64,000 bases of DNA from Octopus vulgaris (taxonomy: Eukaryota). The stretch lies in contig OX597815.1 of the NCBI GenBank assembly GCA_951406725.2, positions 172,732,001 to 172,796,000 on the forward strand, read 5' to 3'. This document shows positions 11,851-24,890 of the stretch, piece after piece. Within the stretch, counting starts at the first letter, position 1; each line of letters begins with the position of its first letter. A program made the translations under genes and the position numbers. The notes beneath the pieces were generated by a model. It was not told the origin of the DNA. It made no database searches and worked only from the letters and a program-made list of their open reading frames with translations.

Positions 11851-13074
11851 ACTCAGTAGAATGTTCACAAAAGTAAAACCTTAACCAGAAACTTGACTCA
11901 TAAGTACCATGACTCTGAGAAAACAGTGACTATATCTGTATGTATATATTTATATACTGAAGTGGGATAGTATTAGGAGTGGTGTACACACATGCACGCA
12001 TGCACACATACATGCACCCATGCACACACATCCACACTCAAAAACTGGACTGTCTAGAGCAATTAGAGATGGTAGATAGGCTACATTTTAAAGACCGTAT
12101 AGACACTCCTGTATTCACACTGCGGAACTCCCCATGTAGTAGTAATAGTCATAAGAGTTTTATTGATTTTTCCCAATTTGGAATAGTTAACAATGAACTA
12201 GTAGTGTATGGCTGTATCACGAAAGTCAATTGCAGCCGATCAACAACAATACTAACAACAACAGAAACAGCTGCAACAGTATAAGTAACAGCAGCAATAG
12301 AAGGGGTTTCTGAAAACATATACCCAATAACAACTACTTGAACTTCATGGAATATCATAATGGTACCAAGCAGTTTTGTACGAGATTTTATTATTTTTTT
12401 TGTTCTAATGCTTTCTTCCCTTTTATGGTGGATATGTGATATGTGTTACAATATCCACAAGTGATTGGTAACAGGATGAAGTATTGACATTTGAAACCAA
12501 GACCTTGTTATTGACTGGACATTTTCTTTAGTAAGTTAGTTTCCATCTGTAACAGCAGCAACAGTAGTATTACTTGTAGTAACAGTGGTACTGGTGGTAG
12601 TAGATGTGGCTAACTATTGTGTACTTTAGCAGGACTGGAGTGCACTCCATCAGGATCGATTACTAAACAAAACCAAGACAATTCATTCATTGGAAATTGA
12701 ACACAAAACAGCCTATACAAATTCAAATCCTGCGCATATGGCGTATAAAGATTACATCAACTGAATGAAGTCATCTTGTTTACCCATAACGAGGTTTCTA
12801 AGAAGCAGTCAGTTCATTGTGTGACTCATAGGCAAAATTGGTAAATATGAAGAGAGAAAGGGGAGGAGGAAGAAAAAGAGTAAGAAGAGGAGTTAAACTT
12901 TTATATCAGAAATACAAAATATTTTAGTATTTACTATTGACTTTTTATACTTAATATGGAAAGTTAATAGATATAAAAACTCAAGAAATTATACCTTGAA
13001 ATATTTCAGCTGTGCTCAGGCATTTTCTGAAAGTTAATCATAACTATACAGTATAGTTCAGCCAACCATCACTC

Positions 13075-13335
13075 ATGAGCAGGTGTGGCTTTTGCTAATT
13101 GTTTTAGGTACCAACATAGTTACAAACAGTCCCTCGCCCACAGGTATTCAGAATGTGAAAGTAGAAGGAAGAGAGGGTATTGCATCAGCACCCACCTAGT
13201 ATCCATTTGCAGCTGAGCATACAGGAGATTCATAAAATGAAGTGCTTTGCTCAACAACACAACATGCTATCAGATCTAGGAATTGAACTCACAATCTTTA
13301 TGCTCATGAGTCAAACATTAGGCTACATGCCTTCA
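13075..13335 (-). mobile_element. Degenerate SINE family D
   Basis: Resembles 2820-3147 (tttgc.gctgag, tgctcaa..acacaacatgc, catgccttca). Confidence 0.6.
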
Positions 13336-15287
13336 AAATCATAATAAATAAAGATATAAATACAATATATTTATCATATTAGAGAAAGAATATATTTTGC
13401 TTTAAAATCAAGTTCAGGAATATATGTGGAGATGGAGTTAGATTGACTTACTACCCTCATTGCTTAATCCGTAATCATTTATACCAGCTTAACTTTCTTA
13501 AACAGTTTTCATTCACTAACCTCTGCTATACCTTACAGGATTTATGAATGTTCATTATTTACTAGTTCTATTCACTCATTCTAAATATGGGCCTCTTTCA
13601 CTAGTTCCCCACCTTATGTACAATACTTGGTACCCTTAAATTCTTGGTTTATAACTCAAAGATAAGTATCTAGACCTGTTTTACTTATCAAAAAGATCAA
13701 TAAAATGCTTTCTGGTGGGTGGTGGGGTACAAAGTTAATCTTTTCACTGATTGAATTTTATATTATTAATATATACTTGATATAGGTATTTTATATTTAA
13801 AGAGAAAGTTTTAGTTTTCAGATGAAAAGAAGATCACCTTTCCAAGATAAGAAAATCTATCAACTCCAAAAAATCAGGATATTGCATAGAAGTTAGAATA
13901 TTTTGCATGGAAGTTAGAATATTTTACTCTACCAGAACACTACAAGAATCTTAAGATTAAGCACGTGATTAGAGTTTTAATAATAACATACACCTGGTTT
14001 TAGCAAACTTAAAATGTTGAGCTCAAATCTATCGTGAGCAAAACTTGAAATTAGGCTGGCTACTGATCCAGAAGACAATCCGCACCTTGATTATTATAAC
14101 AAGAACACCTTCTAATTTTCAGTATTTTGTGACAATGGCTTTATAACAACAGTGATTTGAAATAAATAAGATACATAAGTAAGTTTCCATTATTTTTGAG
14201 TAGAGAAATGGTATTAGATTATGGATCTGGTAGAATAATGGACTAATACTTTGTAGTGTCAAGTTATGCCCACATACAGTGTGAGTTTAAATCACAAGGT
14301 TGATTTTCAGTCTTCTGGGGTCAATAAAATAAAGACTAGAGAAATAGTGAGGTTGATTAAATCACTGCAGTCTTCCCTCAAGTTTATAGTGTTGTACCTA
14401 TATTAGACAGCCTCAACATGGAAGATTCAGTAGGGGTCCTTATTTACTAAACAAATATGATTAGTGGATCCACCCCTCAATTTCAACATTAGAGCATCCA
14501 GTTGTTTGATCAGCTGAACAACCTACTCATGGAGCTAGAATGGAAAATGGTTGAGTATTCCACAGATAGAATTAGTATGACACATATTTAACAAAGCCAG
14601 ACCTTTGAATTACAGGCAGATAGGTTTCCATAGAGTTTTTACTGTTTCCATCTATCCTAATTCACCCACAAGGTTTGGATGAATCTAAGAATATAGTAAA
14701 TGCACTTGTCCAAGATGCTACAATGTGAAATCAATTCTGGGACTTTGTGGTTGCAGAGCAAATTTCTTTACCATTCTGCCATTCCTAGATCCACACAGTT
14801 AGATACCTATAAATGCATTAAAGGAGGCTACATACTGCTGAGTTGATAATGTACTGAATAAGTAGCTGAGGTGTTAGTGATTTTAGTCCTGTCACCAGTG
14901 TTGTGTTGTGTATATAGCCAATATACTCAACACTCAGAAGCCCAGTTCACCAATATTTAAGTAGATTATACAACATATTAATACAATCTGCTGGTGTAAA
15001 CTGTCATAGCTGAACACTACAAAACGGATGAATTTTTCGTTAACTTGCAGAGTTGAATTCAAATCTTTCCATGACTGTAATAACAGCTTTTATAAGAAGG
15101 TGAGTTAGAGGCTCATACAACAAGTAAACTTCATATATCATACAAATACTACAGAAATTAGTGACATAAACTCCATCAATCCATTTGGTAAATTTTATCT
15201 TACACAATACAAAATAACAACAAAAAAAAGCATGCAATTATACTGTGAAAAGTAAATGGAAAGATGGGTGGCAAGTTCTTTAATATA

Positions 15288-15502
15288 TTGGTTTCAAATT
15301 TTGGCACAAGACTAACAATTTCAGGGGCAGGGGCAAGTCAATTACATCAACCCCAGTGCTCAACTAGTACTTATTTTATCTACTCCAAAAGGATGAAAGG
15401 CAAAGCCAACCTCAACGGAATATAAGCTCAGAACATAAAGATGGATGAAATATCATTAAGTATTTTGCCCAGTATGCTAACAATTCTGCCAGCTTTCCAC
15501 AT
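15288..15502 (-). mobile_element. SINE family A
   Basis: Reverse complement of 31-243 (aaaggatgaaaggcaaag, ctcagaac, ttctgccagct). Confidence 0.85.
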
Positions 15503-17454
15503 TGAGTTTTTTTAATGTATCGAGTTGTTGCAACTCCATCTTTGAGCAAATTAACTTGATAGAACCAACTTCACTCCTAGTTAGAGTCACAGGAGGAACT
15601 GAACTCCATACTGCAAGCTAATGGACTACTTGTCAACTTTGCAATACTTTTGCTATTTGCAGAAGCAAGTTGTCCCTAGTCTGTGTTACTATTTCTAGCT
15701 AGGTGGATTTAGCGATTTGATAAGGTGCTTTTAATCACAGACACACCACAGTACAAGTGACAGACCTCTTGATTTGTTCAGCTTCTAGCCTATTCACTTG
15801 ATCACATGCACTCTCATAAATGTAGTCGGGACATTTTATATGATATGAGGTAAATATACTCCCTACAATACTTTATAAAAAAGAATTGCTAGTCAGACAT
15901 TGCTAGTTAATTCTAATAGCAAGTATTTAATACTTATGCTGCCCAAATAGCACTCTTTATGTTGAAAATATACAGATATTTTTCTTTTCCACACAGCTTT
16001 CATTGATTTATCAATGTGAGTCATACACAACTGATGAACTAGAAACTTATAAAAAGTAATTTTATCAACATTAGTTATTGTATACTACTGACTAATGTTC
16101 ATATGCTGAAATTATTACAATCGAATGTAATATGTTTCTGTCATAACATACAAATACTGGTACCAGTTTTCTTTTCAGTGGTACACAAAATTTGTTAGGC
16201 TGAGGTAAATTAAGAATTATATTTCTTACTAACAAGAATCTTGCTTATCAGAATCTATGCTGATATTTATTTTCTATTGATTCTACTGATGCATTTGCAT
16301 CAATATAATGATATAGTTTATGCTAGTTGATGTACAGTACCATTTACACTAAAAGAAGTAGTCAATGCTATAATTAATAATATTTCTCCAACCAGTAAAA
16401 AAACTATTACTTCACTGATATTTACTTATTTACATTGATTATAATAGAAGACATACACCTTGTGAATATAAATCATCCTCAAATGCCTTACATATTCAAG
16501 ACAACTTTATTATTGTCAATGCTGTGATAAAATGCACCCACTACAATCTGTAAAACAGTTGGCAACCAAGCAAAGATATAGGATAAACTAAAAAACGAAA
16601 TGTATGAGTGAGACATGATTTTTTTCAGCCTGTCCAGTGGGACAGCACTTCTATATAAGAACTGACTAGAACCATGATGGCTTGTCTAACCCATACCATC
16701 ATGAAAGGTAGACATAAAATGGTTATGGTAATGATGATAATGAATAAGAACAAGGGTAAAAAAAAGTACCCTATTTCACTTATTTTTTATCTTGACAACT
16801 GGTGTTGGTGTGTTTATGTCCCTGTAACTTAGTCGTTACAGAGACATAAACACCAGGCTGTACAAAAAAAAAAAAAAACAAACAAGTACTGAGGTCGGTT
16901 TGTTTGACTAAAATTCTTCAAGGCATTGCTCCAGCATGGCTGCAGTTTAATGACTGCAACAAATAAAAGATAAAAAATAAAAGATAAAAAATAAGTGAAA
17001 TAGACTGCATGTAAATGTAACTTATATAATTATACTCCTTTGGTGTGTAGGAAATCCATATATATATATATATATATATCCTCAGTCACACGATGTGTGC
17101 ATGCGCATGCGCATGTGTGTGTGTGTGTATGTGTGCCTGTGTGTGTGCATGTGTGGATGTGTGTATGTGTATCTGTGTCTGTGTATGAGACAGTGTGGTT
17201 AGATACAAATGGAGTAGTTAGATTTTTTTCTGTTTCAATAAAGAGAAAGTATTAAAAAATTTAAATATAAAGATTATAATTTGGTTGAGAAAAATCAAAC
17301 AAAGTATTCTTTAGCAAATACATTCTAATTTCACAGAACATTTTTTAATATTTTCCATGCTATCATCATGTTTAAGATTGTTTGTTGAGTATACCTGTCC
17401 TTAAAAATGAATTTTCAAATAAATCATTAACAGACATTTACTTTTACCATTTCT

Positions 17455-17687
17455 TATTTCTTTATTGCCCACAAGGGGCTAAACATAGAGGGGACAAACA
17501 AGAACAGACAAAGAGATTAAGTCGATTACATCGACCCCAATGCATAACCGGTACTTAATTTATCGACCCCAAAAGAATGAAAGGCAAAGTCGACCTCGGT
17601 GGAATTTGAACTCAAAACGTAACGGCAGACAAAATACCGCTAAGCATTTTGCCCGGCGTGCTAACGTTTCTGCCAGCTCACCGCCTC
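17455..17687 (-). mobile_element. SINE family A, young CpG-rich copy with a distinct 3' tail and TSD
   Basis: Intact CpGs (gtcgacctcgg, cccggcgtgctaacg); TSD ttaccatttct at 17444-17454 and 17688-17698. Confidence 0.9.
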
Positions 17688-18799
17688 TTACCATTTCTGT
17701 AGCGCCTTTAAGTCTTCAAACCTAATTTTTTTTCAAGCAAATTGGCATGAAGCACAATTACTTTTCTAGAGTGTCTTATTCTACACACATACACACACAT
17801 GACTGGCTTCTTACAGTTTCCATCTACCAAAGACATTCACAAGGCTATAGTAGAACCTGTGGTAGGAAAGCAAATTTCATAACCACAGAGTAGACTTAGC
17901 TTCTCAACAATAGCATACATGATTTATTCGTCAAAAGTATATCTTTTGGATTTTTGAGACACTAAATGGAGATCATAGTTTTCTCTATATTCCCTGTTTC
18001 TTAATTCTTTCGTAAGTTGTTTGGTTCTAAATAGTGTAGTGTTAAATAAAAATTTTAAAAAAACACTAAAAAGTCACCCCAAAACAGTACAACCAGCTAT
18101 TATAGCCTTCATCCAAATTACACAAATTCTTGCAATGTTACTGTACCAATAATGTGCAGCAGAGAACTGCACCATCTTATATCAGTTATTTGTTTAACTG
18201 GTTTGGTGCCAAAGTAACGTGATATGCACAGGTAAAGAGAAACAAAAGTAAAAATGGGGGAGGGGGACATGATGGTGGTTGTGGTATGATGGTGGTTGTG
18301 GTATGGTGGTGGTGGTGGTGGCAGTAATGGTGGTGATGAACATTCTAACCCCAGCATACTTTTTCGTGTTACTATTTCTAAATTTCTGACAAGATTACTT
18401 CTAGACTGAACTGTTTTACTATTTCATATGAATCAGTCTGTGAATCCTGTTACTTTTAAACATTTATAACATCTGTGAAAAGCAAGAGAAACCAAAGAAG
18501 TTCATTTTTTTTCCCCTCTACAATGCAGGTTATTATTATTAAACCCTCCCACCTATCCCCATCTAATAAGTGTATCTAAATATTAAACTAATATTTCAGA
18601 TGAGCCTACAAGAGAATGTGTTCATTAAGCTGAAACGCTTTTGTTGACTCATCTGAAATATTGCTTGACCAGCTGGAAATAGAAACCAAATCATCTTGAA
18701 ATCACATCTTACTATTTTAAATAAGGAAAGACAGATGAGATGATGATGTTATCTTAGAAACCCTTAAGACTGAGGTCATGCCTAGAATGATTTCTATCA

Positions 18800-19130
18800 T
18801 GGCACAGGTATGGCTGTATGGTGCATGTGGGTTTGGGTTCCGTTTTACAGCACAGCACCTTGGGCAAGTGTATTCTGCTATAGGCCTTATAAGTGTATTT
18901 GGTTGATGGAAATTGAAAGAAGTTCATTGTATATGTATGCCACAGAATCTCCCCAAAAATGTATGTATATAGGCATGGCTGTGTGGTTAGAAGCTTGCTT
19001 CCCAACCACATGGTTCTAGGTTCAGTCCCACTGTGTGGTACCTTGGGCAGGTGTTTTCTACTATAGCCTCAGGCCGACCAAAGCTTTGTCAGTAGATTTG
19101 GTAGATGGAAACAGAAAAAAGTCCATCGTT
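18800..19130 (+). mobile_element. Two tandem SINE family B heads
   Basis: ggc.tggctgt.tggt..caccttgggcaagtg repeated at about 18805 and 18971. Confidence 0.75.
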
Positions 19131-19549
19131 TATAGTAATTTGACATCCTTATATTCTTCACTCCACTTCAAATTTTACTACCAAAACTACTACTCACTTC
19201 AGTATCACCTCACCCATACCTTTTCTCTATCCATCCCTTAATGCAGCTCTGTCATATCACCCCTACTCACATATCTCACATTCTTTTACTCCTTACCTTC
19301 TAATCTCCTCCTATCCAATCCCCACACCTCTCCCATTCTCTCATCACATTATCATGACCACCAACTAACACTCTTTTTCTCACTTCTTTCACCCTTTCAT
19401 CACATTTTTTTCACTCTTTTCACTTTTTGTTTTTTTCTCTCTTCCTTTTTTTTTTTTCTCTTTTTCTTCCTCTCATTTTCTCTTCCTGGTTTAAATTTGA
19501 CCTATCTCTCTTTCTAATCATACACATCTCTCCACCCCCACCCCCCATG

Positions 19550-19930
19550 TATCTACAAATACTAGCAATACATTCTCAAATTTTCATTCACACCACAAAA
19601 CCTTTTCGAATGAGCAACACTGCTTCCATGGCTCCATACTTTGAAATGACTAAACATGAACTGTTACTGGAACTTACACACCATGTACAGAAAACATTTT
19701 TACCATTTCTATACATTGTTTTCCTCAAATAATAGAACTGCAACTACAATATCTTTATATATCCTATTTCTACTTTCATTCCCTTATTTCCCTCTATATT
19801 CTCTATCTCCTCCATTTCCACAATAATTCAAACTCAAATATTTTCTGACACTGTCTCTGATGAAGGGATATCCATAATATTCCAGAAACAGCTGTAAGAC
19901 TATTTCATTATAAATGTCCTGAAAACTTCT
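19550..19930 (+). mobile_element. Probable Penelope-like element remnant (3' end/pLTR)
   Basis: Inferred mainly from the terminal hammerhead motif; the upstream sequence is decayed and only loosely resembles a GIY-YIG C-terminus. Confidence 0.45.
19853..19900 (+). ncRNA. Minimal type I hammerhead ribozyme (Penelope-type)
   Basis: gtct-CTGATGA-a-gggata/tccataa/tattcc-a-GAAA-CAGCTG-TA-agac: stem I gtct/agac, 6-bp stem II, palindromic stem III, GUA cleavage triplet; A.A mismatch at the base of stem II. Confidence 0.65.
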
Positions 19931-19996
19931 AACAGCCTTGGCTTTGTTATCTCATTCTGTCTAACATATATATATATATATATACATATATACATA

Positions 19997-21044
19997 CACC
20001 CTTGGCCAAAAGTATTAGGCCACCCCAATGTTTTGGGGTTCTGCTATCTCAATGTTAATGAAACTCATGCACATGGTAGATTATTGCATATTTCACAATA
20101 TACATTAGTTTTAATATCTGGTTGACCCTCCTTAAGCACTAATTACCACTTTTATACTGTACTGTACATATGTAACCAATTATGAGTGAGACCAACGTCC
20201 AAAATTAACTTATGTTTCCTTGATTATTTCAGAGTTTTATGCTAAAATACTTTGTAGATACAGTTAATAAACAGTAAAATGCCTAAAACAAGGGAGTTAA
20301 GTGAGTGTGAGTGAGGTCGAATTGTAGCTCATCATGAAGACTGGATTTCTCAAAGGCAAATTGTTCAGAAGATGAAATGTTCTTAATGTGTGGTGCAAAC
20401 GACTTTCAAGTGCTTCAGAGAGACAAAAGATCTGAAGACTATACAAAGAACTGATAGAAAAGAGGTTACATCACCTCATGATGACAGATCCATCATCCAT
20501 CAGCCGCTCAGAAACATGAGGAAAACATTGTCAGAACTCTGTGCGGACTTCAATGAGGCAAGTACTTCACAAACATCAACCAGAACTGTTAGAAGAAAGC
20601 TTGTAGAGTATGGTCTGAAAGGCTGTTAAACCAGGAAGAAGCCATAGGTTTCTGAAGCAAATATGGAAAAACGTCTTCAGTGGGCCAAAAATCACTCAAA
20701 TTGGACCAGTGAGCAATGGTCAAAAGTCATATGGTCTGATGAAAGTAACTATGTATTCAATCAACATATAAACTTAATGTAACTGGTTTGTTGCCCAAAA
20801 TATATAATACCAAATGTTGAGAGGAGAATGGAATAAAATTGTGCCCAGCAACTGCAAGAAATTAGCTGATTCAATGCCTAACTATATAAAAGCAGTAATT
20901 GATGCTAAAGAAGGGTCAACTAGATATTAAAACTAATGTATATTGTGAAATATACCATAATCTACCATGTGCACAAGTTTCATTAACACTGAGATAGCAG
21001 AACCCCAAAACATTGAGGTGGCCTAATACTTTTGGCCAAGGCTG
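19997..21044 (+). mobile_element. Tc1-like DNA transposon, internally deleted, ~135-bp TIRs, TA TSD
   Basis: TIRs cacccttggccaaaagtattaggccacc..ttgaccct and agggtcaa..ggtggcctaatacttttggccaaggctg, each flanked by TA. Confidence 0.95.
20279..20930 (+). pseudogene. Tc1 transposase pseudogene
   Basis: MPKTRELSECE*GRIV..TSPHDDR..STRTVRRKL..RKKP..RLQWAKNHSNWTSEQWSKVIWSDES, a deletion, then SMPNYIKAVIDAKEGSTRY*; several stops. Confidence 0.9.
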
Positions 21045-21057
21045 TATATATATTTGT

Positions 21058-21270
21058 GTGTGTTTGTGTTTGTCCCCCCACCCACCATCGCTTGACAACT
21101 GATGCTGGTGTGTTTATATCCCTGTAACTTAGCGGTTTGGGAAAAAAGACCAATAGAATGGAATGAGTACTAGGCTTAGAAAGAATAAGTCCTGGGGTTG
21201 ATTTCTTTCACTAGTACCCTTTAAGGCAGTGCTCCAGTATGGCCGCAGTCAAATGGCTGAAACAAGTAAA
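21058..21270 (+). mobile_element. SINE family B, 3' half
   Basis: gtttgtccccc..gcttgacaactgatgctggtgtgttta..aataagtcctgggg..gctccagtatggccgcagtc. Confidence 0.75.
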
Positions 21271-21771
21271 ATATATATATATAGAGAGAGGAAGGATATA
21301 ATATCCAGGCAGCTACTAAATTTCTCTGAGTAAAATGCCAAGACTGGTTCCTTCTAATGGTGTGTTTTTTGGTATTTTACTCTGTGTGTGTGTGTGTGTG
21401 TGTATGTGTGTGTGCGCGCTGTGTATGAACATGTGTGTGCCTGTGTGTATGTGTGCATGTGTGTGCGTGCTTGAGGATAGTATTTGTGTTTTCACCCACC
21501 TTGATATCAAGTAATAGTCATAAATGAGTGTCGCCTTTGCATAAGTAGTAGTGTCATTCGTTTTCCAATCTTCCATGAAAATTATGTCTAGCCACAGAAA
21601 TATTACCTTGTTTGGAAACAGATCATAGTTGGTGACAGGAAGGTCATCCAACAGTAGAAAATCTGCTTTGACAAATTCCAACCAAACCATATCAACATGG
21701 AAAAGTGGACATTAAAGTGAAGATGATGTTGATGATGATGAAGTAATGATGTTAACTGTGATCCCAGATGT

Positions 21772-22058
21772 TTTAGTTTGTTCCTTCTCAATCCATGCCT
21801 GGCTCATAATGGCCAGTTTCCTTGGCGTATAGGTTCCCCACCTGGACAGGACGCCGGTCCGTCGCAGGTGAGCTGCAAGATGCAGGAGGAAAGAGTGAGA
21901 GAAAGTTGCAGCAAAAGAGTCAGCAGAAGTTTGCAGTTACCTTCTGCTGGAGCCGCATGGAACTTAGGTGTTTCACTCATAAACACACATCTAAGATTCG
22001 AACCCGTGATCCCTCGATCATGATTCCACTGCTCTAACCACTAGGCCATATGCCTTCA
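21772..22058 (-). mobile_element. tRNA-derived SINE (family-D head, different body) with 13-bp TSD
   Basis: Minus-strand head gaaggcatatggcctagtggttagagc..gggttcgaatc; TSD tgatcccagatgt at 21759-21771 and 22059-22071. Confidence 0.85.
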
Positions 22059-22117
22059 TGATCCCAGATGTAAATTTGTAAATTTCATTTACACAAAGCT
22101 TTTAAGATTTTACTCAC

Positions 22118-22180
22118 CAAGTTCAGTAGAAACAGTTTTAAACATTATATTTTTGGATCCAAGCTGGAGATTAGACCTTT
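22118..22180 (-). other. Candidate 63-nt exon (5'UTR, or phase 1-1 coding RSNLQLGSKNIMFKTVSTEL)
   Basis: attttaacag| acceptor and TTG|gtgagt donor; one open frame. Confidence 0.35.
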
Positions 22181-23118
22181 CTGTTAAAATGTCTGTAATG
22201 TGTTTATGCTGTAATAATTTTGTTTATTTTTCTGAACTAATAAGCTTATAGTGCAACCTTTACTCTAGCCATTTCACCTATTCATACTTTAAGTCCATGT
22301 TTCTCACTTTCACACAGATACACACTCATAGACAAATATACATACATTCATTATAGCATTAAAATTGCCTCCAATAATGAAAATTTATACTTCATTTTCA
22401 GTTCACCAGCAAGGGTACACTTGCTGATGACCTTGTTTGGATGAGTATAGTAACCCTGTAAACAAATAACATATTTTGTGATCATTTTCAGCCAATCAGA
22501 CTGTTTACTTTTTGATGTTTTTTTTCCTCAACAGCTCTCTGGAGACCCTTAAATATTACAAAAAGAGCCATTATTATATTTTCTCCAGAGCTTGTCCTTT
22601 GCCTACAGCTTCTGTGCTGGTTGGTATTCTGATAAAGACATTCTCTCTCTCTTTCTCTTTCTTTTTCTCTCTCTCTCACACACACACACATTTATGCATG
22701 CACACACACACCACATTATTTTATTATATACAAATATTGTTATCTTTAATTGTACTATTTTTTCTATTGCTGAAATACATTTCACATTTGCACTGGAGTT
22801 ATCATGCTCCAAATGGTATTTAAAAGTATAAGAATTTATTCCATTCTCTCCATAAACTGACATCATAGCTTACATGTTTATTACTAAGACCTCATTCTTT
22901 TTGTTCGTGTTTTTTGTTTTACAAGCTGATAATTGGCCAACAGAATAATAGCATAATGGTTAAGAAGACTGAAACCTGCTTGAGATGAAAAGGTTTTAAG
23001 AATAAATATAAAGCCAGTCAATAGAAATAGGGTACCTGAAAACAATCAAAGCTGGAACCAATTTAAACATTGTGAAAAATAATAAGAAAAAAAACACACA
23101 CAAAATATAAAATTAACT

Positions 23119-23335
23119 TTAACCATTTAGTATTCAGATCACTTTATCAAATGTAATGCTTATTTGTTCATATTGTTTTAAATTAATCATGCATTGTCTC
23201 ATAACTATCCAGATTTCAATGATGTGATTGCTTATATTTATAATGACATTGTAGGGTAGGTGTGTGAAGCTGGATCTAACCATTTGGAACATAAAACAAG
23301 GCCAGATATAGCCAGCTTAAATGCTAAAAGGTTAA
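23119..23335. mobile_element. TTAA-flanked MITE, same family as 1742-2238
   Basis: ttaaccatttagtattc / aaatgctaaaaggttaa; internal gacattgtagggtagg is the reverse complement of the 1830-1845 region. Confidence 0.75.
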
Positions 23336-23678
23336 ACAATGAGATATTTCCATTTAAAAGTCTGCAGGTTTTGTTTGGACACACATTATTTGGACACATA
23401 TTTCATAATGTCTTTCCTAAGAAATTTTGCATATGCTACTTTGTTTAACATCCATTAACCCAGGGTTTAGACAGAAAGTTGGTTGAAGGAGGATTTTATA
23501 GCTGGATGTTCTTTCTGTAGCCATCCCTTACAAGTTTTCAAGTAAGGATTTTTTTTATGCCAAAGGTCTTTGAAAGCACAGAGCAACCAGTCATAATGTC
23601 AACAAGGAATGTCAACAACATCACTACTTCAGTCGACCAATCACAAGTGTGGAATGTCATTATTCATGCACACTCAAT

Positions 23679-23716
<38 letters not shown>

Positions 23717-23829
23717 ATACATACATACACTCATATATAATTTTGAGTTTCATGGAGCTGAGATGATTGGGTTGGTGGTATATAGTGTTCAAACTTAAGC
23801 TTCAAGAACCTCAGTTTCCCCCATCATAA

Positions 23830-24890
23830 TGAAATCAGGGTTCTGGAAGCATAATGTATATACATACAACAGGGCCCCCTCACCCAATTTACCCATGTTA
23901 TGCTTTCCTCACTACCGCCTCATTTCTCTATCAATGATACTTCTGTTACTTGCCTAACTACTGCAGTATTTTGCTGCTGTTGTTAAATGATAACAGAACT
24001 AGATATTTCACCATCCTTTTTTGTGCTATCAGTTATCTCTCTCACTATTCAGAACCACTTCCTTTGACATCCATCCTTCATTCTTAAAATTGTCCTTCTC
24101 CACTCACATTTTACATTAATCACATTTCTGTGCTACTAACTTATCTCTTTCCTCTCCCCTAAAACACTTCCTGTTGGCTCACTCTACACTCCTATCATCT
24201 CTCATACACATTCTTATAACCTACCCACCCATCACATTTCTTTCTTTCATTATCATTCTTTCTTTGTCTACAGTTTTATTACTATTCCATTGCTTATCAC
24301 TTCCACCTATAGTGTCAGTCATCATTTACTCTCCCCTGTCTTTCCACCAACTCATTAACCACCCTTCTACTCTTGTTCACCATTCACTCCCATTTCTAAC
24401 CATCTCTCACTCTTCCCATACACTCTTGTAACTTCTACCACCCACTTTTCACGTTCTTCTGCCCCTTTCTCTCTTTTCCTCTTCTTGCATCTTGAGGTCT
24501 TCCCCCATCTTTATCTCTCTTTCCAGTTCAACTCAGATTACCTCCACTCACTCTTATATAATGTGGGGTAGTTATGTATCTCCTGAACAGCCTGAAACCT
24601 GTTCCAGCTCCTTCTTTCATACTTTAACCTCTCAACACCAAGCACAAAGCCACCTTCTTCTCTGTTGTAGCCCTTATCAGTTAAGAAGAATCTTAGTTTT
24701 GTAAGTTACATGGCAACTTCACTGGTGCTGCTGCCATGAAAAAAAGCAGATGGTATTAGGTAGAGCATCCAGCCATAGGAACCATACAAAGTAGATATTG
24801 GAATGCGATGCAGTTTCCTGCTTTGTTGAATCTTGCTAAACTGTCCACCCTAGGCCAGTATGAAAAATAGATGTTCAATGATGATGAAGA
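23830..24890 (+). mobile_element. 5'-truncated LINE 3'UTR copy ending in the family C tail
   Basis: Starts with ttctggaag..atgtatatacat as at 37520; pyrimidine-rich body; ends acatggcaactt..gcatccagcc..atgatgatg as at 38520-38705. Confidence 0.6.

Noticed and set aside
16027-16062. ctgatga..gaaac hammerhead-like string (also 59825-59885 on the minus strand)
   Set aside because: No convincing stems I and II around the core.
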